Assembly: GCA_902761585.1 (NCBI GenBank)
Contig: CACWKX010000002.1
Coordinates: 52,512 to 116,511 of the forward strand
DNA: 64,000 bases
Direction: 5' to 3'
DNA from: an uncultured Lachnospiraceae bacterium
GTDB taxonomy: Bacteria > Bacillota > Clostridia > Lachnospirales > Lachnospiraceae
Made by a program: the position numbers and the translations under genes. Under the pieces are notes generated by a model that did no database searches, was not told where the DNA came from, and saw only the letters and a program-made list of their open reading frames with translations. Below, in pieces: positions 10,031 through 19,029 of this stretch; positions within the stretch are counted from its first letter, which is position 1; each line of letters opens with the position of its first letter.

Positions 10031-11455
10031 TTACTCAGCCTCAGTAGCTGCCTCGGTAGCTGCCTCAGTTGATGCCTCTCCCTCATGAGCCAGCGTCCAC
10101 TGATGTGCCCATCCATCAACGAATGCGGTCTTGACTGCATCCCAGCTTCCGCCGTTGGAGGTGTAATCGGTCAGAGCGTTGACAACATCCTTGCGCCAGT
10201 CATCAACATTCGGTGTTGCGTTGAAGGACCATGCAACAGAAGTCTTTCCTGCAGACTGGAGAGCCGTTGCCTCAGCACCGAATGCATTCTTGGAAGCATA
10301 GTCGCCGGTGAAGGTATCAAACGGGCAGGTAAGTCCCATGTCATCGACCATCGCCTTGCGGCCTTCGTCAGAGGTGATCACCCAGTTGAGGAATGCAAGA
10401 GAAGAATCGATGTCCTCCTGCGGAGCCTTTGCATTGATTGCCCAGAAGTTCTCGGTTCCGGAGCAGAGGCCTTCGTTCGCATCATCGACACCGAAGTAGA
10501 TCGGCATCATTCCGAGATCTTCAGCCTTGACTTCATAACCATTGTCTTCATTGGTCAATGCTGAGAACTCCCAGTCACCGTTCTGATAGAACACAGCCTC
10601 GCCCATTCCGAATTCCTGCTCTGCATTGTAGGAGCCGGAGTTCAGGGTCTTCGGATCTGCTGCAGAATCAGATACGTACATATCCCAGACATTCTTGAAG
10701 TTGTCAAGGTAGGTACCCTTGATGGTCGGCTCACCTGCTGTCAGGTCTACACCGTCATCCTTGAACTCATAGTACAGCGGAAGGTTTGCAAGGTGTCCAG
10801 AGAATCTCCACGAAGAGGAATCATCCAGGCCTGCGGATGCAAATGCCTCAGTCAGGCTGGTTCCGAACTTATCGTTGATCTCATCGACTCTGGACTGGAT
10901 GTCATCTGCAACAGCCTTCAGGGTATCGAAGGAATTGATGTCATCCATGGATTTTGCCTTGGCATTGTCCATCTGGAAGTAGTCATTCAGGATCGTCTTG
11001 TTGTAGATGATGCCGTAAGACTCGAAGCAGTTTGCAATCGCTGCAACCTTGCCATCGTAGTTGACGGTCAGTGACTTGTCGGTCAGATGGCTGTAAAGAG
11101 ACGTATCCTTCAGATCGTAGGTGTAGTCATTCCAAGTCTGAGCTGCTGTCGCGTTGCCGACTGTGAAGATGGTCGGAGCATCGCTCTTTGCCATCTCAGA
11201 TGTCAGGGTTGTGTTGTACTGTCCGTCAGCTGCGGTCAGAACCGTGACATCGACGCCATACTGGCTGCTGTAATCGGATGCAAGCGTCTGCCATGCTTCG
11301 TCAGTCTCCGGCTTGAAGTTCAGCAGATAAACCTTGCCGGTACCCGGATCAAAAGCTTCTGTGGAAGCTTCTGTCTCGCCTGCCATCGCAGTTGTGGCAA
11401 GCATGCTTGCTGCCATTGCAGCAGTCATAAGAATACTTACGGCTTTCTTTTTCAT
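10031..11455 (-). CDS. Sugar (maltodextrin by context) ABC substrate-binding protein
   Basis: Signal peptide MKKKAVSILM...AMA; YLLNFKPE, YGIIYNK, FYQNGDWE; first gene of the permease-malQ cluster. Confidence 0.92.
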   Translation of the reverse strand: MKKKAVSILMTAAMAASMLATTAMAGETEASTEAFDPGTGKVYLLNFKPETDEAWQTLASDYSSQYGVDVTVLTAADGQYNTTLTSEMAKSDAPTIFTVGNATAAQTWNDYTYDLKDTSLYSHLTDKSLTVNYDGKVAAIANCFESYGIIYNKTILNDYFQMDNAKAKSMDDINSFDTLKAVADDIQSRVDEINDKFGTSLTEAFASAGLDDSSSWRFSGHLANLPLYYEFKDDGVDLTAGEPTIKGTYLDNFKNVWDMYVSDSAADPKTLNSGSYNAEQEFGMGEAVFYQNGDWEFSALTNEDNGYEVKAEDLGMMPIYFGVDDANEGLCSGTENFWAINAKAPQEDIDSSLAFLNWVITSDEGRKAMVDDMGLTCPFDTFTGDYASKNAFGAEATALQSAGKTSVAWSFNATPNVDDWRKDVVNALTDYTSNGGSWDAVKTAFVDGWAHQWTLAHEGEASTEAATEAATEAE

Positions 11456-11518
11456 GTCTCGTCCTCTCCTTTGACATACATGATTTTGGGTTGCTTCTTT
11501 CCTATCGGAAGCCTTACC

Positions 11519-11554
11519 GGAACCGTTGTCGGCAACGTTGTCGGTATCGTTTCC
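11519..11554. promoter_or_regulatory. Three abutting 12-bp LacI-type operator-like sites
   Basis: ggaaccgttgtc | ggcaacgttgtc | ggtatcgtttcc, CG-centred imperfect palindromes upstream of the binding-protein gene. Confidence 0.6.
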
Positions 11555-11573
11555 GGTGATGACTGAATAATAG

Positions 11574-11613
11574 CACAGGGCCAGAATGGTTTCAACACCA
11601 TTTTGGCCCTGTG
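11574..11613. repeat. 17-bp inverted repeat upstream of the sugar operon
   Basis: cacagggccagaatggt-N6-accattttggccctgtg, 16/17 complementary. Confidence 0.8.
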
Positions 11614-11772
11614 TAGTCGATTTGTTTCTTTTCAACAATTTTAATACTTATAGTTTGTGCATTATGCTCACCCGATTCTTCCTGCCTTTCGGCTCAGGTA
11701 AGATCACACCGCTGAGTTTCCGTAACCCTGCCCAAATGCACAAATCCCTGGTCGTGAAGGATTCCGCAGGGC

Positions 11773-12297
11773 TCAGCACTTCACCGGCTCCGGATAATCC
11801 ACGCCAAAGGTCTCAACTGTCATGGACTGAATCTTCTGCTCCTCCATCGGACGATCTGAATAGTCGGTCTCAGACTGTGCAATCCGGTCCACGACCTCCA
11901 TTCCCTCCGTCACCTTCCCGAATGCGGCGTACTCACCGTCGAGATGCGGGGCGTCTCCGTGCATGATAAAGAACTGCGATCCTGCTGAATTCGGGCTCAT
12001 CGATCTCGCCATCGACAGGACACCCGGCGTATGCCTCAGGGTATTCTGCGGAAAATGGTTGCGGCGGAACTCTCCTTTGATCGAATAGCCGGGCCCGCCC
12101 ATCCCGGTCCCCTCCGGGTCTCCGCCCTGTATCATGAAACCGGCGATGACACGGTGGAAAATGAGCCCGTCATAGAACCCCTTCTTTACGAGTGAAATGA
12201 AATTGTTGACGGTGTTCGGTGCCATATCGGGATAAAGCTCTGCCTTCATGACGCCCCCATCTTCCATGGTGATGGTTACAACTGGATTCTGTGCCAT
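11773..12297 (-). CDS. Cyclophilin-type peptidyl-prolyl isomerase
   Basis: FYDGLIFHRVIAGFMIQGGDP, SMAR, SAGSQFFI, LDGEYAAFG. Confidence 0.97.
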   Translation of the reverse strand: MAQNPVVTITMEDGGVMKAELYPDMAPNTVNNFISLVKKGFYDGLIFHRVIAGFMIQGGDPEGTGMGGPGYSIKGEFRRNHFPQNTLRHTPGVLSMARSMSPNSAGSQFFIMHGDAPHLDGEYAAFGKVTEGMEVVDRIAQSETDYSDRPMEEQKIQSMTVETFGVDYPEPVKC

Positions 12298-12401
12298 GTT
12301 CTGCTCCTTTCTTCATCTGTGATCCTGTTCTCAGATCATATGAGAATGATCTGTTATACCCAGTTTTCCTTGAATCTATTTCTTTATCCTTCCCTTATAC
12401 C

Positions 12402-13325
12402 TTATAAGTTCTTCCGCCTGAGAACAATGGTCCGTACTGACAATCGTGCATCAACATCCGGGACGTTGACGCCGCATGCAGACGCAGGTATGACTGTCTT
12501 CTCCTTGAAACCGAGCTTCTCCGCAAGCCTGAGAGAAGGCTTGTTCCGCTGGTCGATCAACGCCCATATCTCCTCAATCCCGGTCTTTTGAGCCGCGTAG
12601 CGGAGTATTTCCCGGCAGGCTTCCGTTCCAAAGCCCTGCCTGCGCCACTTTTCCGCAATCACATATCCCAGCTCAATCCGGCCATCCGGCGAAAGGCTGT
12701 CCGTTTTCGGGATCAGCCCGCACCAGCCTGCAGTCTCCCCGCTGTTCTTTTCAGTCACAGTCCAGAGCCCGAACCCCCAGAAGCTGTAGGCTGCCTTGAT
12801 ATATGCAAGATACTGGTCTTCTTCGATGCTCTGCCACAGTCTGATGCCCCCGGCATCCGGCTCCCGTACCTCGCTTAGAATCCGGCTCAGTGTCGGATAG
12901 TCCTCCTTCGTACTTTCCCGGACAAGCAGACGCTTTGTCTCCCCGATGCGGACCGGTATCCCTTTCCACCGCCTGTACGCATTCAAAAGACCCTCCGCGT
13001 CTGCGTCCTCAAAGGACTGAATCACATAGGAAGCACCATCGAAAAAACCGCCGTCTGCATCCGGCTGATACCCTGCAACAAAGAATCCATTTCCAGCAAG
13101 GGCCGCCGACAGATCCAGATCGTCCGTCACCACAAGATCTGCATCCGAATATGCCTGTTTCATACCTTGGCGCTGCACAATCTGCACACTGAAAGCCCTG
13201 CGGCTTATCTCCTTCAGATATGCACGTCCTGTCTCGTGCATGCAGAGGGCATTCACACTTTCCTCCCCGAGTATAAAAAGAACCCGGATCCTTGTATCCG
13301 GCGGTGTCATGTGAAGATCTTCCAT
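12402..13325 (-). CDS. GNAT (RimJ/RimL-like) acetyltransferase with an extra N-terminal domain
   Basis: IELGYVIAEKWRRQGFG, NKPSLRLAEKLGF; start uncertain (13325 or 13310). Confidence 0.8.
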   Translation of the reverse strand: MEDLHMTPPDTRIRVLFILGEESVNALCMHETGRAYLKEISRRAFSVQIVQRQGMKQAYSDADLVVTDDLDLSAALAGNGFFVAGYQPDADGGFFDGASYVIQSFEDADAEGLLNAYRRWKGIPVRIGETKRLLVRESTKEDYPTLSRILSEVREPDAGGIRLWQSIEEDQYLAYIKAAYSFWGFGLWTVTEKNSGETAGWCGLIPKTDSLSPDGRIELGYVIAEKWRRQGFGTEACREILRYAAQKTGIEEIWALIDQRNKPSLRLAEKLGFKEKTVIPASACGVNVPDVDARLSVRTIVLRRKNL

Positions 13326-13355
13326 AGGCTTTCTGTCTGTTCGATTGTCGCCTTG

Positions 13356-13392
13356 AAAAAAGGGCCCGGCCTGCAGCTGCAGGCCAGGCCCT
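13356..13392 (-). terminator. Terminator after rplQ
   Basis: GC-rich stem agggcctggcctgcag/ctgcaggccgggccct plus U-run. Confidence 0.85.
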
Positions 13393-13441
13393 CTCATCCC
13401 TGTTGAATCCTGTGCAAAGAAATATCTGTCGTCAGAAAGCC

Positions 13442-13978
13442 TCAGACAAGCTCCAGAACGACCTCCATTGCTCCGTCACCGCGGCGTTCCCCGATCTTGA
13501 TGATGCGGGTATAACCACCGTTGCGGCCGACATACTTCGGAGCGATCTCCTCAAAAAGCTTCTTCGGCAGATCAATGCTCTTTGTATTTCTCTTTCTTCC
13601 GGCAGCTTCCTTCGGAACTTCCGTAACCGGATAGAGAACCTTCAGCATCTGGCGTCTTGCATGAAGCCTTGCCGGGTTGTCCTTCTTGATCTCCTTCTGG
13701 ACCTCGTCATAGACGGTTCTCTTCTTCCCGTCGACAACTTCCTTGACTCTCTTTCCTTCGGCATCCTTGCGCGGAACCTTAGCGGTCACGGTCACAGTCT
13801 GGAAGTCATCCTTCTCCTTGACTGCAAGCGCAATCAGTCCGTCTGCAATCTTCATGACTTCCTTTGCCTTGGACTCGGTGGTGATGATTCTTCCATGATA
13901 GAGAAGCTGGGTAACCTGGCTGCGAAGCAGAGCCTTTCTCTGAGAAGATGTTCTGCCGAGTTTTCTGTATCCTGACAT
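13442..13978 (-). CDS. rplQ: 50S ribosomal protein L17, long form with internal insertion
   Basis: RKLGRTSSQRKALLR, RNGGYTRIIK; 178 aa. Confidence 0.98.
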   Translation of the reverse strand: MSGYRKLGRTSSQRKALLRSQVTQLLYHGRIITTESKAKEVMKIADGLIALAVKEKDDFQTVTVTAKVPRKDAEGKRVKEVVDGKKRTVYDEVQKEIKKDNPARLHARRQMLKVLYPVTEVPKEAAGRKRNTKSIDLPKKLFEEIAPKYVGRNGGYTRIIKIGERRGDGAMEVVLELV

Positions 13979-14103
13979 GTTCTTAAATCCTCCAAACTCC
14001 TGACATGCAGACGCGCATCCTTCGGTCTTACCGCCTGCATGTAAATCTCAGGGTTCCTTTCGGTTCCCGGGGTTTCTTTTTTAAATCCTTTCAATCTCTT
14101 TCG

Positions 14104-15063
14104 TTATACTTCCTCACTGCTGCGCAGTGAAAGTCCCATGTCCTTCAGCTTTGCAAGGACTTCCTCAAGAGACTTCCTGCCCAGATTGCGGACCTTCATC
14201 ATATCGTCCGGTGTCTTGTTGCAAAGCTCACCGACCGTATTGATTCCGGCTCTCTTCAGGCAGTTGTAGGAACGGACAGAAAGCTCAAGCTCATCAATCG
14301 TCATATCCAGCTGTCCGCCGTCTGTCTCCTGCTTTGTGTCTGTAAGAACAGGCTGCACCGGCGCATCCGAGAGATCGATGAACATCTTCAGATGATCGCT
14401 CAGAACCTGTGCCGCCATGCTGACAGCCTTGTCCGGCGCAAGTGTTCCGTTCGTCCAGACATCAAGTGTCAGCTTGTCATAGTCCGTATTCTGCTTGACA
14501 CGGGTATTCTCAACCGTCATATTGACACGCTCAACCGGCGTATAGATTGAGTCAACAGCGATGACGCCGATCGGCATATCATCTTTCTTGCTCTTCTCCG
14601 CGCTGACATAGCCTCTCCCGTTTGTGATCGTGAGTTCCATGTTCAGCTTGCAGTCAGATCCGCCGTTCAGATGCGCAATCACCTGATCCGGATTGACGAT
14701 CTCGATATCCTGATCAGCCTCGATATCCGCGCCAGTCACAACTCCTTCCTTTGAGCAGTCGATGTAAGCTGTCTTCGGCTCATCGGATGTATTGTGATTT
14801 CGGATCGCAAGGCTCTTGAGGTTGAGGATGATCTCTGTCACATCCTCCTTGACGCCCGGAATGCAGCTGAACTCATGGAGCACTCCCTCGATCTTGACCT
14901 GGCTCACAGCACTTCCCGGAAGAGAGGAGAGCATGATCCTTCGAAGAGAATTGCCGAGCGTGATGCCGTAGCCGCGCTCCAGCGGCTCCACAACAAAGCG
15001 GCCATGCTTTTTGTCGTCGGAAATCTCTGCAACTGTAATTTTAGGAACGATGAAATCGAGCAA
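14104..15063 (-). CDS. rpoA: RNA polymerase alpha subunit
   Basis: [32 protein letters not shown]; TTG start. Confidence 0.99.
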   Translation of the reverse strand: MLDFIVPKITVAEISDDKKHGRFVVEPLERGYGITLGNSLRRIMLSSLPGSAVSQVKIEGVLHEFSCIPGVKEDVTEIILNLKSLAIRNHNTSDEPKTAYIDCSKEGVVTGADIEADQDIEIVNPDQVIAHLNGGSDCKLNMELTITNGRGYVSAEKSKKDDMPIGVIAVDSIYTPVERVNMTVENTRVKQNTDYDKLTLDVWTNGTLAPDKAVSMAAQVLSDHLKMFIDLSDAPVQPVLTDTKQETDGGQLDMTIDELELSVRSYNCLKRAGINTVGELCNKTPDDMMKVRNLGRKSLEEVLAKLKDMGLSLRSSEEV

Positions 15064-15120
15064 CTCAGTCCCTCCTTATATGGGTGTGTGCCTTGTTGAC
15101 TTTTGCGTACCCCGGTGTAA

Positions 15121-15714
15121 TTACTTGGAATACAGCTCGACGATCTGGACTTCATCGACCGGAACATCGATCATCTCTCTGGTCGGAAGGCTCTTGACGG
15201 TCGCCTTGAAGTTCTCAGCATCCAGCTCAAGCCATTCCGGAATGAGTCTTCCGCCGGTTGCCTCTGCGATATCCTTATATCTCTGGGAGTCTCTGCACTT
15301 TTCCTTGATCTCGACGACATCGCCTGCAGACACAAGCGCGGACGGAATATTAACGCACTTCCCATTCACAAGAACCTGCTTGTGGTCGACAATCTGGCGA
15401 GCCTCTCTTCTCGTTCTGGCAAGGCCAAGGCGGAAGATGACGTTGTCCAGTCTGGACTCCAGAAGGATCATCAGGTTCGGGCCAGTCATGCCCGGCATTC
15501 TCTCTGCCTTCTTATAGTAGTTGCGGAACGGCTTCTCCGTTACACCGTAAATGAACTTTGCCTTCTGCTTCTCGCGCAGCTGCAGGCCATACTCGCTGAC
15601 CTTTCTGCGTGCACGCTTCAGCTCTCTCTTCGACTTCTTGTCATATCCCAGAACGGTGGGTTCCATTCCGAGCGATCTGCATCTTTTCAGCACAGGTGTT
15701 CTATTGACTGCCAT
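15121..15714 (-). CDS. rpsD: 30S ribosomal protein S4
   Basis: SEYGLQLREKQK, LESRLDNV, ARQIVDH. Confidence 0.99.
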   Translation of the reverse strand: MAVNRTPVLKRCRSLGMEPTVLGYDKKSKRELKRARRKVSEYGLQLREKQKAKFIYGVTEKPFRNYYKKAERMPGMTGPNLMILLESRLDNVIFRLGLARTRREARQIVDHKQVLVNGKCVNIPSALVSAGDVVEIKEKCRDSQRYKDIAEATGGRLIPEWLELDAENFKATVKSLPTREMIDVPVDEVQIVELYSK

Positions 15715-15854
15715 TTATGATCTACCTCCATATATGTTGATGGCATCTTTTCAATCTGCATACCATCCCTGCAAACCTTTCATACCAAGGCACCGCATCC
15801 GGCATAAAGTCCAGAAGCAGCGGAGCCTCAGGCGGCTGCAGAGACTTCATACGG

Positions 15855-16253
15855 TCAGACTCTTCTTCTCTTCGGCGGACGGCATCCGTTGTGCGGAACA
15901 GGAGTCACATCGCTGATGGAGATGACCTGGAGGCCATTCGCGGACAGAGCGCGGATTGCAGCCTCGCGTCCCGAACCCGGTCCCTTGACGAAGACATCGA
16001 CCGACTTCAAGCCATGAACAATTGCAGCCTTGGTAGCTGTCTCAGCCGCCATCTGTGCTGCGTAAGGAGTAGATTTTCTGGAGCCCTTGAAGCCCAGTCC
16101 GCCTGCACTTGCCCAGGAAAGAGCATTGCCCTCAGCATCCGTCAGCGTCACAATCGTATTGTTGAAGGATGACTGAATATGTGCCTGGCCTCTCTCTACA
16201 TTCTTTCTGACACGCTTCTTAGTGACTTTCTTTACACCCTTTTTATCTGCCAT
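15855..16253 (-). CDS. rpsK: 30S ribosomal protein S11
   Basis: [27 protein letters not shown]. Confidence 0.99.
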   Translation of the reverse strand: MADKKGVKKVTKKRVRKNVERGQAHIQSSFNNTIVTLTDAEGNALSWASAGGLGFKGSRKSTPYAAQMAAETATKAAIVHGLKSVDVFVKGPGSGREAAIRALSANGLQVISISDVTPVPHNGCRPPKRRRV

Positions 16254-16297
16254 TCTTTTATAAACCTGCTTTCTGATTGATCATCCGAGTCTGTTGA

Positions 16298-16669
16298 TTA
16301 CTTCTTCTTGTTGGCAACAGTGCGGCGCGGTCCCTTGCGGGTTCTCGCGTTCGTCTTGGTCTTCTGACCGCGAACCGGAAGGCCCTTTCTGTGACGGACA
16401 CCTCTGTAGCATCCGATCTCGGTCAGTCTCTTGATGTTCATCGCAGTGTCACGGCGAAGGTCGCCTTCCACCATCACTTCCATCTCGTCCATCGCGCTGC
16501 GGATGTTCTCAACCTCTTCATCGGTGAGATCTCTGACACGGGTATCAGGATTGACACTCGCCTTGGCGAGAATCTTGTTGGAAGTTGTGCGGCCGATTCC
16601 GTAGATATAAGTCAGGCCGATCTCAACTCGCTTATCTCTCGGTAAGTCTACACCAGCTATACGAGCCAT
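16298..16669 (-). CDS. rpsM: 30S ribosomal protein S13
   Basis: [25 protein letters not shown]. Confidence 0.99.
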   Translation of the reverse strand: MARIAGVDLPRDKRVEIGLTYIYGIGRTTSNKILAKASVNPDTRVRDLTDEEVENIRSAMDEMEVMVEGDLRRDTAMNIKRLTEIGCYRGVRHRKGLPVRGQKTKTNARTRKGPRRTVANKKK

Positions 16670-16984
16670 GTAATAAATCCTCCTAAAATAAATTGTCTTT
16701 AACTGGGACCGATGCTCTGCGTCGGTCCAGCTGCTGCAATCGCAGACAGCCTTTCCGGTTCATTAAGCCGGGATTTTCATCCCTGCAAATGTGCGCGCCC
16801 TGCCTTGCGGTATTGAAATGGCGCGGGTGATATCCGCACGAATCCTGAGCCGGTATTAAGGGCAATATTCCAACGAAATAATCCTGTCCTCATGTCCGGA
16901 TGCGCGTCAGCTCTCCGGCAGGTTTTTATCTCATCGTATATTGTCAACGCACAGTTCTGTACGTACATACCGCTTTGGATCTGC
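16670..16984 (-). promoter_or_regulatory. Long, hairpin-rich rpmJ-rpsM spacer (candidate cis-regulatory RNA)
   Basis: 315 nt with no credible ORF; hairpins such as gaccgatgc-tct-gcgtcggtc. Confidence 0.45.
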
Positions 16985-17098
16985 TCAGCCCTGTCTCTGC
17001 TTGTGCTTCGGGTTCTCGCAGATAATCATGATTCTTCCTTTTCTCTTGATAACCTTGCACTTCTCGCACATCGGTTTCACAGAAGAACGAACCTTCAT
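16985..17098 (-). CDS. rpmJ: 50S ribosomal protein L36 (Zn-binding form)
   Basis: Manual translation [37 protein letters not shown]; too short for the ORF track. Confidence 0.98.
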   Translation of the reverse strand: MKVRSSVKPMCEKCKVIKRKGRIMIICENPKHKQRQG

Positions 17099-17182
17099 AA
17101 TCCAGCCTCCTTTCTCGATGTCTCTCTGTTTCAATACGATTCGGTGAAAGGGCATAAAAACCCCATGCCAGAATCAGCAGAA

Positions 17183-17211
17183 ATTATAACCCAACTCATT
17201 TCTTTTTGCAA
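17183..17211 (-). promoter_or_regulatory. sigma-A promoter of the rpmJ-rplQ operon
   Basis: TTGCAA-N17-TATAAT. Confidence 0.8.
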
Positions 17212-17246
17212 GATATTTTTATCCTGACAGAAACCAATGGAAACAA

Positions 17247-17277
17247 GAAAACCGTCCTGAAGATCAGGACGGTTTTC
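17247..17277 (-). terminator. Terminator after tRNA-Leu
   Basis: Perfect 13-bp stem gaaaaccgtcctg/caggacggttttc. Confidence 0.8.
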
Positions 17278-17282
17278 CAAGC

Positions 17283-17366
17283 TGCGGAAGATGAGACTTG
17301 AACTCACACGGTACGAATACCACAAGATCCTTAGTCTTGCTCGTCTGCCAATTCCGACACTTCCGC
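17283..17366 (-). tRNA. tRNA-Leu, anticodon AAG; CCA not encoded
   Basis: Reverse complement gcggaag...cttccgc-a forms the acceptor stem; D-loop GG; anticodon arm caaga-CTAAGGA-tcttg; long variable arm; GTTCAA T-loop. Confidence 0.96.
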
Positions 17367-17377
17367 GAACGAGTGTT

Positions 17378-17406
17378 ATATTACCAAAGCACAGGGTGCT
17401 TGTCAA
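17378..17406 (-). promoter_or_regulatory. sigma-A promoter of tRNA-Leu
   Basis: TTGACA-N17-TAATAT. Confidence 0.75.
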
Positions 17407-17426
17407 CATCTTTTTTTACATTTTCT

Positions 17427-17476
17427 AAACGGGTTTCCAACGGTTTCCAACGGGTTTCCAACCGGTTTCCAAACGG
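17427..17476. repeat. Tandem 10-11-bp repeats (aacggtttcc-type, ~4.5 copies)
   Basis: aaacgggtttcc aacggtttcc aacgggtttcc aaccggtttcc aaacgg. Confidence 0.85.
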
Positions 17477-17577
17477 CATGGTCCGAAACTCCCCGCTATT
17501 TTCCGAATTCTCTGAATGGATCATTCTATGAAAAGTCTTCAGATATTCTTCGAAGCAGGCGGCATCCTTCCATGCGT

Positions 17578-17609
17578 AAAAACGCCAGACAGCAGCTGCT
17601 GTCTGGCGT
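17578..17609 (-). terminator. Terminator after rplT
   Basis: Perfect 28-bp palindrome acgccagacagcagctgctgtctggcgt plus U-run. Confidence 0.85.
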
Positions 17610-17660
17610 CCGGTACGACTTTTGGACAGGATGATTCATCGCCTGTCCCTCTGCCGGCTC

Positions 17661-18017
17661 TTACGCAACCTTTTCCTTTGCGATGCTGACAAGCTCAGCG
17701 AAGCCCTTTGCATCGTTGACAGCCATGTCTGCCAGGACCTTGCGGTTCAGCTCAATGCCGCTCTGCTTAAGGCCAAACATAAACTTGCTGTAGGAAAGTC
17801 CGTTCAGTCTTGCAGCCGCGTTGATGCGGGCGATCCAGAGCTGACGGAACTGTCTCTTCTTCTGCTTCCGGCCGGCATATGCGGTAGAAAGTGCGCGCAT
17901 GACAGTCTGCTTTGCAACTCTGTACTGCTTGCTGCGTGCTCCTCTGTAGCCCTTTGCGAGCTTCAGGACTCTGTTATGCTTCTTTCTTGCGTTCAGTGCG
18001 CCTTTGATTCTTGCCAT
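17661..18017 (-). CDS. rplT: 50S ribosomal protein L20
   Basis: [28 protein letters not shown]. Confidence 0.99.
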   Translation of the reverse strand: MARIKGALNARKKHNRVLKLAKGYRGARSKQYRVAKQTVMRALSTAYAGRKQKKRQFRQLWIARINAAARLNGLSYSKFMFGLKQSGIELNRKVLADMAVNDAKGFAELVSIAKEKVA

Positions 18018-18079
18018 TCTTTTATCCTCCTGCTTTTACTCCGTTACCATACTCAATCAGTTCTCTTAAAGGAGGACAA

Positions 18080-18277
18080 TTATAAGTACGGAAGAATCTT
18101 CTTCATATTCGAAACATTCGTCTTGTCTGTGATAGCGGACTTACGAAGATTTCTCTTTCTCTTGGTGGTCTTCTTCGTCAGAATGTGGCTCTTGTAAGCC
18201 TTGTTTCTCTTCAGCTTTCCGGTTCCTGTTTTCGTGAAACGCTTCGCAGCTGCTCTGCTGGTCTTCATCTTCGGCAT
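18080..18277 (-). CDS. rpmI: 50S ribosomal protein L35
   Basis: [20 protein letters not shown]. Confidence 0.99.
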   Translation of the reverse strand: MPKMKTSRAAAKRFTKTGTGKLKRNKAYKSHILTKKTTKRKRNLRKSAITDKTNVSNMKKILPYL

Positions 18278-18297
18278 AATTTGTTTCCTCCTTTTGG

Positions 18298-18807
18298 TCA
18301 GTTCTTCTTTGCAGACAGAATCATCGTGAGGGTACGGCCTTCCTGCTTGATTGCCTTGTCAACCGTGGCGATATCTTCACAGTCCTTCGCGAAATCCTCA
18401 AGAATATGTCTGCTGGCCTGCATGTGGGCCATCTCCCGTCCTCTGAACCTGAGTGTGACCTTCACCTTGTTTCCCTTGTCAAGGAACTTTCTGGCGGATG
18501 TCATCTTCGTGTTCATGTCGTTTACATCGATATTCGGTGAGAGACGAACCTCTTTGATCTCAACGATCTTCTGCTTCTTCCTGGCCTCTTTCTGCTTACG
18601 GACCTGCTCATAGCGGTACTTTCCGTAATCAATGATCTTGCACACAGGCGGCGTCGCCCGCGGCGCGATCTTCACGAGATCAAGTCCTGCTTCCCTGGCC
18701 TTCTCCTGCGCGTCACGCGCACTCATCAGACCCAGCTGCTCACCGTTTTCGCCAACAAGACGAACTTCCCTGTCACGGATCTGTTCGTTAATCTGTAAAT
18801 CGCTAAT
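18298..18807 (-). CDS. infC: Translation initiation factor IF-3, ATT start
   Basis: [28 protein letters not shown]; AAGGAGGG SD precedes ATT at 18807. Confidence 0.97.
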   Translation of the reverse strand: MSDLQINEQIRDREVRLVGENGEQLGLMSARDAQEKAREAGLDLVKIAPRATPPVCKIIDYGKYRYEQVRKQKEARKKQKIVEIKEVRLSPNIDVNDMNTKMTSARKFLDKGNKVKVTLRFRGREMAHMQASRHILEDFAKDCEDIATVDKAIKQEGRTLTMILSAKKN

Positions 18808-18844
18808 GGCTTTTCCCTCCTTATTCGCTGTAAACGACCATATA

Positions 18845-18985
18845 AACAAGAAAGCGGATAACCAGGTTATCCGCTCGCAGCTCACAGCCACCCCGAGTGC
18901 CCACTTATGCGCCGGGATGAAAACATATGAACCACGGCGCGAACAAATCGGCCGGGTGAGAGTAATCCTCTGCTTTCCTGTCTCA
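18845..18985 (-). promoter_or_regulatory. L20 leader-like structured RNA upstream of infC
   Basis: aagcagag...ctctcacc...gtgag...gcggataacc/ggttatccgc-ttt terminator, the layout of the Firmicutes L20 leader. Confidence 0.7.
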
Positions 18986-18995
18986 AAACATATAG

Positions 18996-19024
18996 ATACT
19001 AACACTGCCCCGCATACTTGTCAA
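18996..19024 (-). promoter_or_regulatory. sigma-A promoter of infC-rpmI-rplT
   Basis: TTGACA-N17-TAGTAT. Confidence 0.75.
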
Positions 19025-19029
19025 GGCAG

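Noticed and set aside
13442-13978. Insertion in ribosomal protein L17
   Set aside because: The long L17 form is, as far as I recall, typical of Lachnospiraceae, so it is not a novel signal.
17100-17620. Integrative element at tRNA-Leu
   Set aside because: No integrase, no duplicated tRNA 3' end in the window, and core genes on both sides.
18808-19005. N-terminal extension of IF-3 in the ORF track; likewise the extensions of rplM, the sugar SBP, purA, purF and clpP
   Set aside because: They run through leaders or promoters; better SD-supported downstream starts match the known N-termini.
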